This document shows positions 36,591-50,422 of a stretch of DNA of 64,000 bases, piece by piece; within the stretch, counting starts at the first letter, position 1; every line of letters begins with the position of its first letter. The position numbers and the translations under genes are program-made. This DNA comes from Squalus acanthias (lineage: Eukaryota). The notes beneath the pieces were generated by a model, which saw only the letters and a list, made by a program, of their open reading frames with translations, searched no databases and was not told the DNA's origin. The stretch is taken from NCBI GenBank assembly GCA_030390025.1, contig CM059432.1, forward strand, positions 98,520,001 through 98,584,000, given 5' to 3'.

Positions 36591-37630
36591 TTTACAAGGT
36601 TGCTACACATAGCAGCCAAAGAAGTTCTCATGCCACATTTAGAGGCTGCCAGACGAATATAAATGTAAATCAAAAATATGTGTAAATTACAAAGCTACAA
36701 ATATTAAATACAGCAAATTTTCTAAATTGAGTTAATTTGGAATCAGAACTTGTAGCATTCCAAAAGAGTAAGGTGTTTAGCAGAAACTATACATAACTGT
36801 ACAATAAAGTCTTCTTCTGCAGGAAAGGTTAATTTAATGCATGTGGGATTTTTTTTCCCCCTTTCTTTTATACAATATATAATCTCTGTACAGGGTAAGC
36901 TGTTTCTCTTAAAAAATGTCAACTGATTGTGAACTTTAGTAGTTTTATCCTTTTTGTTTCATGTTTCCATGGTTAATCATCCTTTAATGGCCCACATTAG
37001 CAAAGTAAAAGCCTGAGAGTGTATTAAATGCTGATTTATAAGACAAATTGTCTGACAGGACATTTCAGCATACATTATGTGCCTATGATTTTATAACAAT
37101 TTGCCCAACATAATAAATTTTTTCCTTGGAGTTAAAAAAAATGCATTGAAGCAGATTTTGTTCTTTCACTTAAAAGGAAATAGTTTAAGTATTATTGTAT
37201 AAATTAGCTAGAGTAGAAAGTGACTCTAGCAATTATCACATCGAATTAAACAGCCCCTAATCATGGCAAGAATTTTGCTGGCAAGAATATACTGATAATT
37301 TTAATACAATCTCCTTTATCACATGTACATTAACTGTAATATGTGGCTATATTTCCAAATCAATAAAGAAATAGGGTTCAGTTCATAGAATCATAGAATA
37401 TTACAGTAGAGAAACATGTCATTCAGTCTATCAAGTCTGCACTGGTGTTTTTCTCCATGAGTCACTTAGTTTAATCTCACTCTCCTGCTCGCTCCACATA
37501 ACCTTTATTATTCCTCTTTTTCAAGTAACTATTTAATTCCCTCTTGAAACAATATTGCAATAATATAGTGTCCATTAGCTAATACAACTAAAGTAGTGTT
37601 TTATCAAATCCGGTATTGTTCATTTCTAAT

Positions 37631-37773
37631 GGGGAAAAGGGGGGCGCTAACTTCGCTGGGGCACTACTGGAAGCGCTCCACCTCCCTCTTGGGGTGCTCC
37701 CATTAAATATCGCGGCGCTACGGCATCCCGCAGGGCGCTAATGGGAGGTGCAAAGCAACCAAATTTTCCCCCC
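37631..37773. mobile_element. Short Harbinger MITE remnant
   Basis: GGGGAAAA...AAATTTTCCCCCC. GGCGCTAATGGGAGGTGCAA resembles the family 1 subterminal sequence. Confidence 0.6.
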
Positions 37774-38645
37774 TAAGAGTTTTAGTAAATTGAGGCAATA
37801 TTACAGCAAGAAGATGAATCCCTGATACCTTCCACCTCATCCACGCCTTATGCAAAAGTTCTGCTATCAAGTATTAGCAGCACTGTCTACTTATTTTACT
37901 GAGTGCTCTTTACAGTAATGTTGCTAAATGTCATATAACTTTTAAAAAACTGTATCACGAAAAATACAAAGCTGTAAGCAAATTGCCTATTTAAGCTCAG
38001 AATAGAGCAGGCTTTATGGGTGTTGAGAAAACAGATCAGTGAGATTTGAGATCTATTCAATGAGAACAGGCAAGAAAACTATAGCCCTACTCTAGGAAAC
38101 CTATCAACAACTCAAAGAGAAACCAATGACCTTGTCCATCACACACCTTGTTCTTTAACTTTACAACATAGTCAAGTTCATTTTGAATAAGTTTCTCTGT
38201 GAAAAAGAGGTACTAACTAAACTAAAACAGGAAAGTGCTGTTAAGTTCTCTGGAAATAAAACTAGTTATTAGAATAATAAGCTTCTTATAGCATCTACAT
38301 AATGGTTAGTAAACAGTACTTATTAGAAGTGTTACATTACTTATTGATGGCAGTGAACTAGCACTGAATATTGGATGAATAATACACAGATGGTGAGACA
38401 CAAACGGCCTATTTCAGTCGTTCATTACTCAACTGTTATGCCACTTTACAGGACATGCAAAGATATCTCCCAGGTGTCCCTTTATAATCAACTGAAATGT
38501 CAAACAAGTTGAACAGAATGATACCGAAGCAGAAAGATGTTAAGAAATGCTTCTAAGGAATAATGCAGCTGAAGTGACCCTTTTGCATCCCAGGCAGTGA
38601 TGCATATTCTTGTAGCCTGCAGAAACAGACAGCATTAAAAACCCT

Positions 38646-39303
38646 GGGCTCGATTTTAATGGACCTCAGAGGGCAGGTTTGGAGGCAGGTCAGCAGCGAA
38701 AATCAGAAAAATTGCCAGTTGGCTGCGAACCCGCCTCCAACCCACCCCCACGTTAATTTCGTAAGTGTCGGATCAGCCGCTCCCGAACTGACCCGACACC
38801 AAACGGCAGGACAGGCAGTTAAGGCAGTTAACAGCCTGTTAACTGCCTCACTAATCCTATTTAAATATGTGATTCCGATTTTGGTGCTTTTGGCTCCTGT
38901 TTCCCGTCTTCTGAGAAAAATGTCAGCTGCAATGAGTCGCATTTCTCGAGAACATGATTTGTTCTCAATTGCTGCAGCCGTTTAAAAGCGCTACTGCACC
39001 ATGGCTGACATTCAAATGCAACAACTTTGTTGTTGGAGGTTTGGGATAAGATTTTGCAAATCTATTGACCTTGTGACTGTTTAAGCTGACAGCCATCTGC
39101 AGTGTGACCTGATTGGAATAATCTCAGGCCACTTTGGCTGTGCGCTTGCAAGCTTCTTGCCTCAACTGAAATCTATAGCAACGGTATGGGAACCATTTAT
39201 ATCCTCTCATCCTGGTCGTCAGATTCAGAGGAAGAGCAGCCACGACCGCACCACAACCAGCCACAACAGCAGCACCAGCACCAGGAGCGCCAACCTCCTC
39301 CTC
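38646..39303 (+). mobile_element. Harbinger copy F: terminus and transposase N-terminus, cut by CR1
   Basis: MGTIYILSSWSSDSEEEQ from 39186 matches the copy A N-terminus. GGCAGTTAACAG..TGTTAACTGCC palindrome as at 1251. Confidence 0.85.
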
Positions 39304-42300
39304 ACATAGAAACATAGAACATAGAAAAATAGTTGCAGGAGTAGGCCATTCGGCCCTTCGAGCCTGCTCCGCCATTCAATATGATGATGGCTGATCCTCT
39401 ATCTCAATACCATATTCCCACTCTCTCCCCATACCCCTTGATGCCTTTTGTGTCTAGAAATCTATCTATTTCCTTCTTAAATATATTCAGTGACTTGGCC
39501 TCCACAGCCTTCTGTGGTAGAGAATTCCACAGGTTCACCAAACTCTGAGTGAAGAAATTACTCCTCATCTCAGTCCTAAATGTCCTACCCCGTATCCTGA
39601 GACTGTGACCCCTCGTTCTAGACCCCCAGCCAGGGAAAACATCCTCCCTGCATCCAGTCTGTCTAGCCCTGTCAGAATTTTATACGTTTCAATGAGAACC
39701 CCTTTCATTCTTCTAAACTCTAGTGAATACAGGCTTAGTCGAACCAATCTCTCCTCATACGACAGTCCTGCCTTCCCAGGAATCAGTCTGGTGAACCTTC
39801 ACTGCACTCCCTCTATGGCAAGTATATCCTTTCTTAGGTAAGGAGACCAAAACTGCACACAGTACTCCAGGTGTGGTCTCACCAAGGCCCTGTATAACTG
39901 TAGTAAGACATCCTTGCTCCTGTACTCAAATCCTCTTGCAATGAAGGCCAACATATCATTTGCCTTCCTAACTGCTTGCTGCACCTGCATGCTTGCTTTC
40001 AGTGACTGGTGTACAAGAACACCCAGGTCCCTTTGTACATCAACATTTCCCAATCTATCACCATTTAAATAATACTCTGCCTTTCTGTTTTTCCTACCAA
40101 AGTGGATAACTTTGCATTTATCCACGTTATACTGCATCTGTCATGTATTTGCCCACTCACTCAACTTGTCTAAATCACCTTGAAGCCTCTTTGCATTCTC
40201 CTCACAACTCACAATCCCACCTAGTTTCATATCATCAGCAAACTTGGAAATATTACATTTGGTTCCCTCATCCAAATCATTGATATATATTGTGAATAGC
40301 TAGGGCCCAAGCACTGATCCATGCGGTAACCCACTAGTCACCGCCTGCCACCCCAAAAAAGATACATTTATTCCTACTCTCTGTTTCCTGTCTGTTAACC
40401 AATTTTCAATCTATGCCAGTATATTACCCCCAATCCCATGTGCTTTAATTTTGCACACTAACCTCTGATGTGGGACTTTATCAAAGGCCTTCTGAAAATC
40501 CAAATATACCACATCCACTGGTTCTCCCTTATCTATTCTACCAGTTACATCCTCAAAAAATTCCGGTAGGTTTGTCAAACATGATTTCCCTTTCATAAAT
40601 CCATGTTGACTTTGTCTAATCCCGTTGATATTTTCTAAGTGTCCTGTTATCACATCCTTTATAATAGACTGTAGCATTTTCCCTACTACTGATGTTAGGC
40701 TAACCGGTCTGTAGTTCCCTGTTTTCTCTCTCCCTCCTTTTTTACATAGTGGGGTTATATTTGCCATCCTCCAATCCCCAGAAACTGTTCCATAATCTAT
40801 AGAATTTTGGAAGCTGACAACCAATGCATCCACTATTTCCATGGCTACCTCTTTTAGTACTCTGGGATGCAGATTGTCAGACCCTGGGGATTTATCAGCT
40901 TTCAGTCCCATTAATTTCTCCAGCACTATTTTTTTACTAATACTAATTTCCTTTAATTTCTCCTTCTCACTAGACCCTTGGTTCCCCAGCATTTCTGGGA
41001 AGTTATTTGTGTCCTCTACCGTGAAGACAGAACCAAAGTATTTGTTTAATTGCTCTGCCATTTCCTTGTTCCCCATGATAAATTCTCCCATTTCTGACTG
41101 TAAAGGACCTACATTTGTCTTCACTAATCTTTTTCTTTTTACATACTTGTAGAAGCTTTTACAGTCCGCTTTTATGTTCCTTGCAAGTTTACTCTCATAT
41201 TCTATTTTTCCCCTCCTAATCAATCTCTTGGTCCTTTTTTGCTGAATTCTAAACTGCTCCCAAACCTCAGGCTTGCTACTTTTTCTGGCAACTTTATAGG
41301 ACTCCTCTTTGGATCTAATACTATCCTTAATTTCTTTTGTTAGCCATGGTTGGGCCGCTTTTCCTTTTGTGTTTTTGCGCCAGAAAGGAAAGTATAACTG
41401 TTGCAATTCATGCATTCGTTCCTTAAATGTTAGCCACTGCCTATCCATCATCATGCCTTTTAATGAAGTACCCCAATCTGTCATAGCCAACTCACTCCTC
41501 ATACCTTTGTAGTTTCCTTTGTTTAGATTTAGGACCCTAGTTTTGGATTGGACTACTTCAACTTTCCATCTTAATGAAGAATGCTATCTTATTATGGTCA
41601 CTCTTCCCTAAAGGACCCCGCACAACAAGATTATTAATTAACCCCTTCTCATTGCACAATACCCAATCTAGGATAGCCTGTTCCCTAGTTGGCTCCTCAA
41701 CGTACTGGTCAAAAAAAACCATCTCGTACACACTTCAGGAATTCATCCTCCACAGTATTATTACTAATTTGGTTTGGCCAGTCTATATGTAGATTAAAGT
41801 CACCCATGATTACTATAGTACCCTTGTTACATGCATCTGTAATTTTCTGTTTGATGCCATCCCCTACATTACCACTACTGTTTGGAGGCCTATATACAAC
41901 TCCATCAATGTTTTCTGCCCCTTGGTGATTCTTAGCTCCACCCAGACTGATTCTACATCTTGATTTTCTGAGCCAATATCCTTTCACACTATTGCTCTGA
42001 TTTCATCTTTTACTAACAACGCCACCTCACCTCCTTTTCCTTTTATCCTGTCCTTCCTAAATATCGAATATCCTTGGATATTCAGCTCCCAGCCTTGGTC
42101 ACCCTGCAGCCATGTCTCTGTAATCGCAATTATATCGTATCCATTTTCATCTATTTGCGCTGTTAATTCATCTACCTTATTACAAATGCTTCGTGCATTC
42201 GGATACAGTGCCTTTAGATTTGTCTTTTTAACATTTTTAGACATCTTAACTTTTTTTGTACTATGGCCCTATTTGTCTTACCATCTTTTCTTACCCGGAC

Positions 42301-42475
42301 CCTATTTTTTAGTGCACTCTTTTGTTTGTACACGCTGTCCCTTCCTGAAACAATCTGGTTATCCTTACCCCAATCACTTTCCTGCACTGCTTCCTTGTCT
42401 TTTCTCTTTAGCATTCTAGATTTCTCTCCACCAGGCCCCTCCCCCCCCCTACCCTTATTTAGTTTAAAGCCTAGT
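39304..42475 (-). mobile_element. Near full-length CR1 ORF2 (APE plus RT) with tail
   Basis: APE motifs NARS, ITETWL, YRPP and GDFN. RT ORFs 41502-40411 and 40137-39799. CATAGAA tail at 39304-39327. Confidence 0.95.
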
Positions 42476-44200
42476 CTACTCTCTCTCTGTTACCTCTTCA
42501 AAGAATTCAGTGAGGTTGGTCAAGCAAGACTTTCTCTTTTGAAATCCATGTTTACTATTCTTTATTATATTTTTAGTTTCTAGTTGTTTTGCTATTTTCT
42601 CCTTTAGTAGGAATTCTATTCTTTTTCCTATTACTGATGTTAAGCAAACTGGTCTACAGTTCCTTGGACATGTTCTATCTCCCTTCTTGAATATAGGTCT
42701 AATGTTAGCTATCTGCCAGTCCTCTGGCATTACAACTTTTTCTAATGAATTTTTAAATATGTGTAATAATGCCTCTGCTATCTCTTCCCTAGTTTCTTTC
42801 AGAATGCGTGGATGCAATCTGTCCAGACCAGGGGTTTTATCCTCTTTGAGTTTAATTAGTTTATTTAATATTTCTCCTTTTATTATTTTAAATGCAGTTA
42901 TATCATTTCAAATCTCATCTTCCGATGTCGGGGCAGAAATTCAGGTCCCCACGGGTGAGTACGCGCTGTGTACTCACCCGTAAGGCCACCAGAAGTGCCG
43001 GTTTCGCGCATGCACTGCGCATGCACGGGAAACCGGAACTTCCGGTCTCGTGAAGGAAGGGGTTCGTGGGTCAACCGCGTGTGCGGGAGAGGCAGCGCGC
43101 ACGCAGCGAACTTCGGCTTTTTTTACAGGTTTCTTCGTGCGGGTAAGTCCCTAGCAGCTGCGCGGGGAAAAAGTAGGCGCAAGACCTGCTTTTAACAAGG
43201 TAAGAGGTGAATTAAGTAAAATTAAAACATTTTTTCCACAGGTTTATTATTTTTAAATACTTTAAAGAAAGGTAAGTTTATTTTTAGCCCTGTTAAAAAC
43301 TGTAATTAATTTTTTCAAAAATTTAAATTATTGTTTAAAATAGTTATTTTATGTAATTTATAGTTATTTTAAAATTGTGATGTTTTTTTAAAAATGTATT
43401 TGAAGTTTTAGTTAGGTTTTGGGGCTGATCTCTATTCATAGATTTGACAGGTCTTCTTGTCAAATCTATGAATGGAGATTCCCTGCTCCGATTGGCTCTC
43501 CATGGCCCACGTGATCCCAGGGGACGCTTCAAACTAACTGCGCCGCTGAGATCCACGAGCACTGCGCGCCGGCAGCTGGAGGAGCCCAGGACCCGAATTC
43601 CACGCGGGCCCACAGCACAACGGCAGGCGCACTATGTAAGTGCACCCGCTATGCTTGCACCCGCGGGAAGCCTCCGACCCAAATTTCTGGCCCAGTTATG
43701 TCCACTTGGTTCGTCTCCCTAGTAAATACTGAAACAAAGTAATTATTTAATATTTCTGCCATTTCACTGCCACTGCCTGTGATTTTATCCTGACCGTCCC
43801 TTAGTGGCCCTATTCCCATCCCAACTTTCCTTTTTTCATTTATGTGGCCTGTAAAATATTTTGCTATTTTGTTTTATGTTCTTGATACTTTAATTTCATA
43901 GTTCCTCTTTGCCTTCCTAATTTTTTTTTTTACTTCTCTCTTCGTCTCTTCGCATTCTCCCTTCTCTTACTCTCTGCTGTCCATGTACTTAGTGTATGTC
44001 CCTTTCCTTATCCTCAATTTTTCCCATATGTCTTTATTCATCCGTGGTGTCTCATTAGTGTTTAGTTTGTTCTTGTTTTTTTTAGCAGAATATATTGTTC
44101 CTGGGCTCTGTTGAACACCGTTTTAAATGTTTCCCATTGCTGTTCTACATCATTGTTTGCCAATATTGCCGTTCATTTTATTTTCCCAAGTTCTATTCTC
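42476..44200 (-). mobile_element. Older CR1 ORF2 fragment interrupted by a MITE
   Basis: HPRILKE...PEDWQIAN...HGFQKRKSCLTNL. Continues after 43693. Confidence 0.75.
42930..43693 (+). mobile_element. Non-autonomous Harbinger (family 2), copy a
   Basis: Ends GGGGCAGAAATT / AATTTCTGGCCC. Inverted homolog at 57229-57969. TSD not clean. Confidence 0.85.
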
Positions 44201-45593
44201 AGCTATTTTGGTGTTTGATGGTGGTGTGATTTAACTGTGCCTTTTTACCAACAAGTTTGTATGCAACCCAGTTCAGTTCACCTATGCAGTGTTGATGTTA
44301 TTACCATCGCCACAAAGGTAGCATAATTAGCTCTATGGTGGCATGTAATATCTGCCACAGAAAACATCTGTGGCCATTTTTTCACTTGTCGCTATGTGAG
44401 ATGAGATCATAATGTGAAACAAATATGAATCCCCTCTGATTTAGTGAAATCATATACGTATTCAAAAAAACACATAATTTTACTAGAATGACTTGCCAGA
44501 GAATATCTTCCTGCACTTGTGATGTAACTATACACGGTGACAAGAGGAAATCATTCCACGGATTTACAGAATTTGAAGGTTTTTCATAGAACTTTTCTGA
44601 TGGAAGGCAAAAGAAGAAAATGGCTGTGGATTGCAAGCGATGAGGTGTCAGTGTACTCTGTATAGAATTGACCTCTTTTCATATCATTTTTACATCTGTT
44701 ATTTCTTTAACTTTTTACAATATTGTACCTGTCAGGTGGTGTTACTTTTTTACATGTCACTTATTTGCAGAGAAACTCACTATGTCACAAGATAGTCCCT
44801 CGTTTCACTTCATTTTGCTGAAATAAATTGCTGCTTAGCACAAAATGATAGGTTAGTGATTTCACAAGACGTGCTGGCTTATTGTTTTGGTTTTTTGTAT
44901 TTAACTTGATTGAATTACATCTGTGTGATGGACAGCTACATTTAATATGATGCATGAAACATCAACAAGATATGTGCAATGTTCAAGATAAAATGATCAA
45001 ATCATGCTCGCCTCACTGTTGGCAGCATAAAACAGCAGCAAACTAACAATGGTGTGGAAATTGACCATTTTTGTGTCATTCTGCAAGCAGATTTTCAAAT
45101 CATAGAACAAATTTGTGCAAAATGTACATCAAATGCTTGGATTGTTGAAAGTCTAGAGATAAAAAGAAAACATTTCAGAGGCTGGAAATCTGAAATATAA
45201 AAAAAGCATGCTGGAAATACACAGCACGACAAGTATGAAGGCAAGTTCTCTGTTGGTAAGTACAATAAGCAGCATCTTAATTTACAGCTAGTTATATTGA
45301 ATTATAAGAATAAAAAAATGCTTGAATTGGGCGGGGTGTATAACAGGCGGCCAATCCTTTAATGACTGTTTTCAGCTGCACGAGGGACACCCCACTAATG
45401 CTATTTAAAGGGATCATCAACAACTTGCAGCTGACTGCTTTTTGATTTCTGCTGGTTCTGTGTAAGTTTGTGCAACTGTTTGGAGCTTTCTACAGTTACT
45501 TAAAGTTGCTGAGATGACAGGGCGTGGTGCTGCAAGTGGAGAACATCTTGCTTCTGAATTCAAGGGTCCTGCTCAGACCACTTGCTCCCAGTC

Positions 45594-46695
45594 ATGGGGG
45601 CTCTACTTGCAGTCCCCCTCGCGCTGCAGCATGACAGGGAGATGGGGCAGAGGCAGCCAAGAAGAGGACAAGCTGCTCGCAGAGGGAGGAGGAGATGGGG
45701 CAGGAGGGCTCTCAGCAGGAGTACTTACTCACCTAGGGTCTTCAGGGAGCATTTCTCCTACCTGAACTTAAGCCAGGAGCAGTGTATTCGGAGACGCTGT
45801 TTCACCAAGGAACTGGTCACAGAACTCTGCCACCTCTTGGAACCAGGCCTGCAGCCTCAGAGCAGGGCAATGGCGACGCTACCAGTGGCCCTCAAGGTCA
45901 CTGTTACACTCAATTTTTTCGCCACCGGATCCTACTAGTCTGAAGCAGGCGACATAGCTAACATCTCCCAGTTCGCTGTTCATCGCTGCATCAGGGAGGT
46001 CACAGAGGCTCTGTATTCCAGGTGAAGGTACTTCATTGTCTTCTCTCTGAACAGAGAGAAGCAGGAGGAGCACGATGTGGCATGTGATATCGGGCTTCCC
46101 CATGGTGCAGGGCACCATTGACTGCACACACCTGGCTTTGAGGGTGCCGCATATCAATCCTGAGATGTACCGTAACCGCTAAGGCTACCACTCACTTAAT
46201 GTACAGTTGTTGTGCGACCACGCCCACCACATCATGATGGTGAATGCCCACTATCCTGGCAGCAGTCATGATGCCTTCATCCTGCGCCAGTCCGGTGTGC
46301 CAGCAACCCGAGGATTGTTGCTTGGAGACAAGGGCTATCCGCTCTACAACTGGCTGGTAACTCCCCTCTGCAACCCCACCACTCATGGCCAGAAGTCATA
46401 TAATTACAGCTATGTTGCCACGAGGAACCTCGTTAAGTAGACCATCGGGGTGTTAAAGCAACGATTCTGCTGCCTTGACACTCGAGAAGAGCCCTCCCGT
46501 ACATGCCGGAGCGGGTGTCCCATTTCGTGGTGGTCTGCTGCATCCTCCACAACTTGGCCATCAAGAGGGTGCAGCCCTTGCCGCCATGGGTTCCGTGACC
46601 ATCTCAGGAGGAGGAGGTAGAAGAGGAGGCAGGCAGCAGATCCCCGTTCTGGACGGGCTGACCGTGAGCATCTCATCAGACTCCGGTTTCCCTGA
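45594..46695 (+). pseudogene. Harbinger DDE transposase, disrupted
   Basis: [39 protein letters not shown] and CCILHNL. Confidence 0.9.
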
Positions 46696-46853
46696 AAGAA
46701 ACCACAGATCCCCGTTGCTCACCACTTCCCCACCTTATCATTCCTCTGTCACTGAACATCACAGCGTCCTCTTGGGGCACCAAGCTGAAATGAGAACCAC
46801 CACAAAACAAACATTCCAAACAAAATTTATAAATTAATCATTCCAATACTACA

Positions 46854-47230
46854 GGGGTTTGGTAGCATAGTGATTATGTTACTGGACTAGTAATCCAGAG
46901 GCCTGGTCTAATGATCCGGAGACACGAGCTCAAATCCCATGGCAGCTGGGGAATTTAAATTCAGTTAATTAAGTAAATCTGGAATGAAACTACAGGATTG
47001 TTGTAAAAACCCAACTGGTTCACTAATGTCCTTTAGGGAAGGAAATCTGCTGTCCTTACCCTATATGTAACTCCAGACCCATGGCAAGGTGGTTGACTCC
47101 GAAGTGGCCTATCAAGCCAATCAATTGTATAAGGCAGCTCACCAACACCTTCTCAAGGGCAATTAGGAATGGGCAATAAATGCTGGCCTTGCTAGCGACG
47201 TCCAGATCCCGTGAATGAATTAAAATAAAA
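46854..47230 (+). mobile_element. tRNA-derived SINE with LINE-derived tail
   Basis: A-box-like TAGCATAGTGA and B-box-like GAGCTCAAATCC. The 3' end matches the LINE tail at 34814. Inserted between the two Harbinger genes. Confidence 0.85.
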
Positions 47231-47244
47231 CATAAGATTGTCAA

Positions 47245-48990
47245 CTGATCACCCTTGTGCATTTCCTTAGTGTCTGTCTTTCGTGTTTCTTTGCCTATTC
47301 TAGTGCTCCTACGCAGTGCTGCAGCATGGCTGGTGAAAAGCTGCTGACATTCCGTGGGGAACACTGCAAATGGCCTTGCAGGACGACCTCGAGCAGCTCT
47401 GGGCCTAGAAGGCCCGGCTGTAGACTGCACCACCTCGGCATGGGTAGCAGCAGCAAAGGCACTGGCAGAGTGCAGTGGTGGGAGTATGAATGTTGTCATC
47501 CTGAGAAAGGACAGCAGGTTCTTGCTCCATGAAGCCACTCCCGCTCCCCCGGGGCGGCGCCTCAGCATTCCTAGCCATCTGTTCGAGCATAGATTGCTGG
47601 ACTTCTGTGAGACCCTGCAAACTCCTTTTCACACTCGTAAACCCAGCCACGATGGCAGCAGTCTGAGCTTGTGTGGCAGCAGGTTGAGACTGCATGGAGC
47701 TCATGGGCTCCAAGTTCCACCTAAAGCCTCCATCCAATGTTGGAGCCAGACTCCTCCATGCTCCTTGACACTCACAAGAGGCTCTCTGGCAGGCCTGCCA
47801 TTGCACCAAGCATTTCTGTGTGCATGATCATCGCCCTTCTTCTGAAGGCCACCCCATCGAAGTCCTCATCTGACTCCTCTGCAGCAGAACTCGTGTGCAA
47901 ACTAACCCTCCAGGGAGCTGGCTCCCGCGCTACCCTTTCCCCCTGCCCTGGCTGCAGCCCACTCATGCCTGGTGAATCACCACATGCAGATCCCGCCTCT
48001 ATACTACCCTATAAAGTTCGAGCAGTGCCATTTTCTGAGCTGCTGCCTGGGAGTGTCAGATTAAGTGATGGTGCCTCTTCTTCTCCATTACTCTCCTCCT
48101 CTACTTGGTTGAGGATTGGCTGGGCTGGTTGCAGTTCTTGGGTATCTGAAAGGAGAAAGGCACAAGGGTCAGGTTGTGGTGAGGGGAGTGGGAGGAATAC
48201 AAGCTGTGTATGCTTACGGCATCAACAGCTTGTAAGTAAGAAGAGTTTGTGCCATGAGGGGTAAGTGGGATGCGAGAAGAAGGATTAGTTATGACCATAC
48301 TGTCATCAGCAATGCTTTCAACCTCGTGGCTCACCACGGCCTCAGTGACAGCCCCTCCAATTATTTCTAGTACTGTCTCCTCCAGCACAGTAAGATTCTG
48401 AAGACATGCTTCACCCCCACCTGACTGCTACTGCTCATAGCCGTTGTGAGCCATGTTGACCTGCAAGAGAAGGGGAAGTGTATCAGTGAGTGTGGTGCAA
48501 TGTGTTTGGGTAATGTGCCTGTTATGGTTGAATAACTGACATTGTTTGCAAGGTGTGAGATGTGGGTGTGAGGTTTGCAGCAGTGGTAAGTGTTTGAGGA
48601 TGAGGTGAAGCTATGATTGTGAGTTATGAGTTATGATTGATAGAGATTTTTGGTAGGTGAGTGATGGGGGTGTGGGGCATTGAGTGGTGTGTGAGGCTAG
48701 TGGTGCAGTTGGTGGGATATGGCATTTGAAGGTGCATTCACTGACCTTCACCACTCGTGACGTCATTAAACTTCTTGTGGCACAGGATCCAGGTCCTGGG
48801 GCAACACTCGGGGCACTGATGGCTTGGGCTATCTCCTCCTACTGCCTTCTGGCATTCTGTCTGGTAGGCCTCCTGCCCCCATGTGGGTAGAAGACCTGTC
48901 TTCTTCTGTGTACCCCCAGGGCCAAGGCCTCCAGTGCTACATCTGAGAAGTGCCTTACCCTTTCTCTTCCCTGTTGCGACCTTGCTGCAT
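47245..48990 (-). pseudogene. Harbinger Myb/SANT gene, three exons
   Basis: RTWILCHKKFNDV followed by an AAG|GTCAGT donor (about 48746), a TTGCAG acceptor (about 48461) and a TTTCAG acceptor (about 48146). Exon 3 aligns with copies B and E. Confidence 0.78.
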
Positions 48991-49809
48991 CCAGAGTAAC
49001 AAGGAGGTGCTTCTTTCAGAAAGCATCTCCCCTTTAGAAGTGCAGAGAGCCTAGGCAAAATTTTATTGTCCAATAGACTGCAGTCGATATTGGGCTCCCT
49101 TCTAGAGCACTGAGCCAACTAGCAGCGTGTTTAGCTCTGAGCTCAGCATTCCAATCATTATAATGAGCAGGCAGCACGAATTTTGTGTGCTGCCTGCACC
49201 ACTTTTAACGGACGCAGGCAGATTGCGCTTTGCGATCCCGGCGCCAGTTTTCGGGCCCAATCCAATTTCACTCCCTTAAAGTTAAATTTTTTCCTCATTA
49301 ATACGAACAAGGTAATGGATGAGGTTATTAAGACAAAGACAAAAACATCAATTTATATTTCTACTACATTCCTCACATGCAGAAACATGCTTCGGACTGC
49401 TTTAGAGTTGAAAGGAAAAATGTTTACGCAGAACAGCAGGGAAAATAGACAGTTGCAGTGAAAGCACTGTTAGAGAGAACAGTATTCTGAAGGTTACTTA
49501 CATTTGTTATGTTTGCACAAAGTAATGTGAAATGTGGCCTGTGCACAGCACTGTTTATAGATAATGGGTCAGACTTTCCTGTCAAAATAATGGTGAGGCT
49601 AATGGCGCTCGGCATTATTTATGTATAAATGTCACAGCAATGTCAGGTGAGGGGCAGATGCGCGGTTAAATGCAAACATCCAAAAGTTGCTGCCCGATTT
49701 GCGTCGCCCTGCTGTTAGCTTCACCAAAACGCCATCTCACTGTCTACCTCACCATTGAAATGCATTGAATGGTGTGAAGTTAGAGTATTTGCGCGATAGA
49801 TACAAACTA

Positions 49810-50422
49810 AACAACAATAACAACTTGTATTTATATAACGCCTTTAACATAATAAAACATCCCACAGGAGCGTTATCAAACAAAATTTAACACCGAGCCA
49901 CATAAGGAACTATTAGGGCAGATGAGAGCTAGGTTTTAAGGGGTGTCTTAAAGGAGAAAAGAGAGGTAGAGAGGTAAAGAGGTTTAGGGATGAAATTCCA
50001 GAGCTTAGGGCTTTGGCAGTCGAAGGCAGGGCCAACAATGGTGGAGCGATTTCAATCGGGGATGTTCAAGAGGCCAAATTGGAGGTGTGCAGATATCTTG
50101 GAGGGTTATAGGGCTGGAGAAAATTGCAGAGATAGGGAGGGGCGAAGCCAGGAGAGCACTGGAATAGTCATGTCTAGAGGTAACAAAGGCATGGATGAGT
50201 GTTTCAGCAGCAGATGAGCTGAGGCCTCTCTACCTCTCTACCTTTCCCTCCTATTTTAAGACGCTCCTTAAAACTTACCTCTTTGACCAAGCTTTTGGAT
50301 GTCTGTCCTGATATCTCCTTATATGGCTTGGTGTCAAATTTTGTTCAATAATGCACTTGTGAATTGCCTTGCATCCTTTTAATATGTTAAAAGTACTATA
50401 GAAATGCAAGTTGTTGCTGTTG
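49810..50422. mobile_element. Two L2 3' fragments in opposite orientation (49810-50222 on -, 50225-50422 on +)
   Basis: Both match the L2 end at 16702, with AACAAC/GTTGTT tails pointing outward. Confidence 0.8.

Larger units (their letters stand above)
45320..49275. mobile_element. Harbinger copy G, nearly complete two-gene element
   Basis: Transposase on + and three-exon Myb gene on -. Right end CCAATTTCACTCCC. Left end eroded. Confidence 0.88.

Noticed and set aside
38440..38620. Minus-strand exon candidate after TTTCTGCAG
   Set aside because: All three frames hit stops within about 40 codons, and no homology is recognised.
45158..45235. Penelope-associated repeat remnant (GCTGGAAATCTGAAAT...GCTGGAAATAC)
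   Set aside because: Too short and degenerate to bound or call with confidence.
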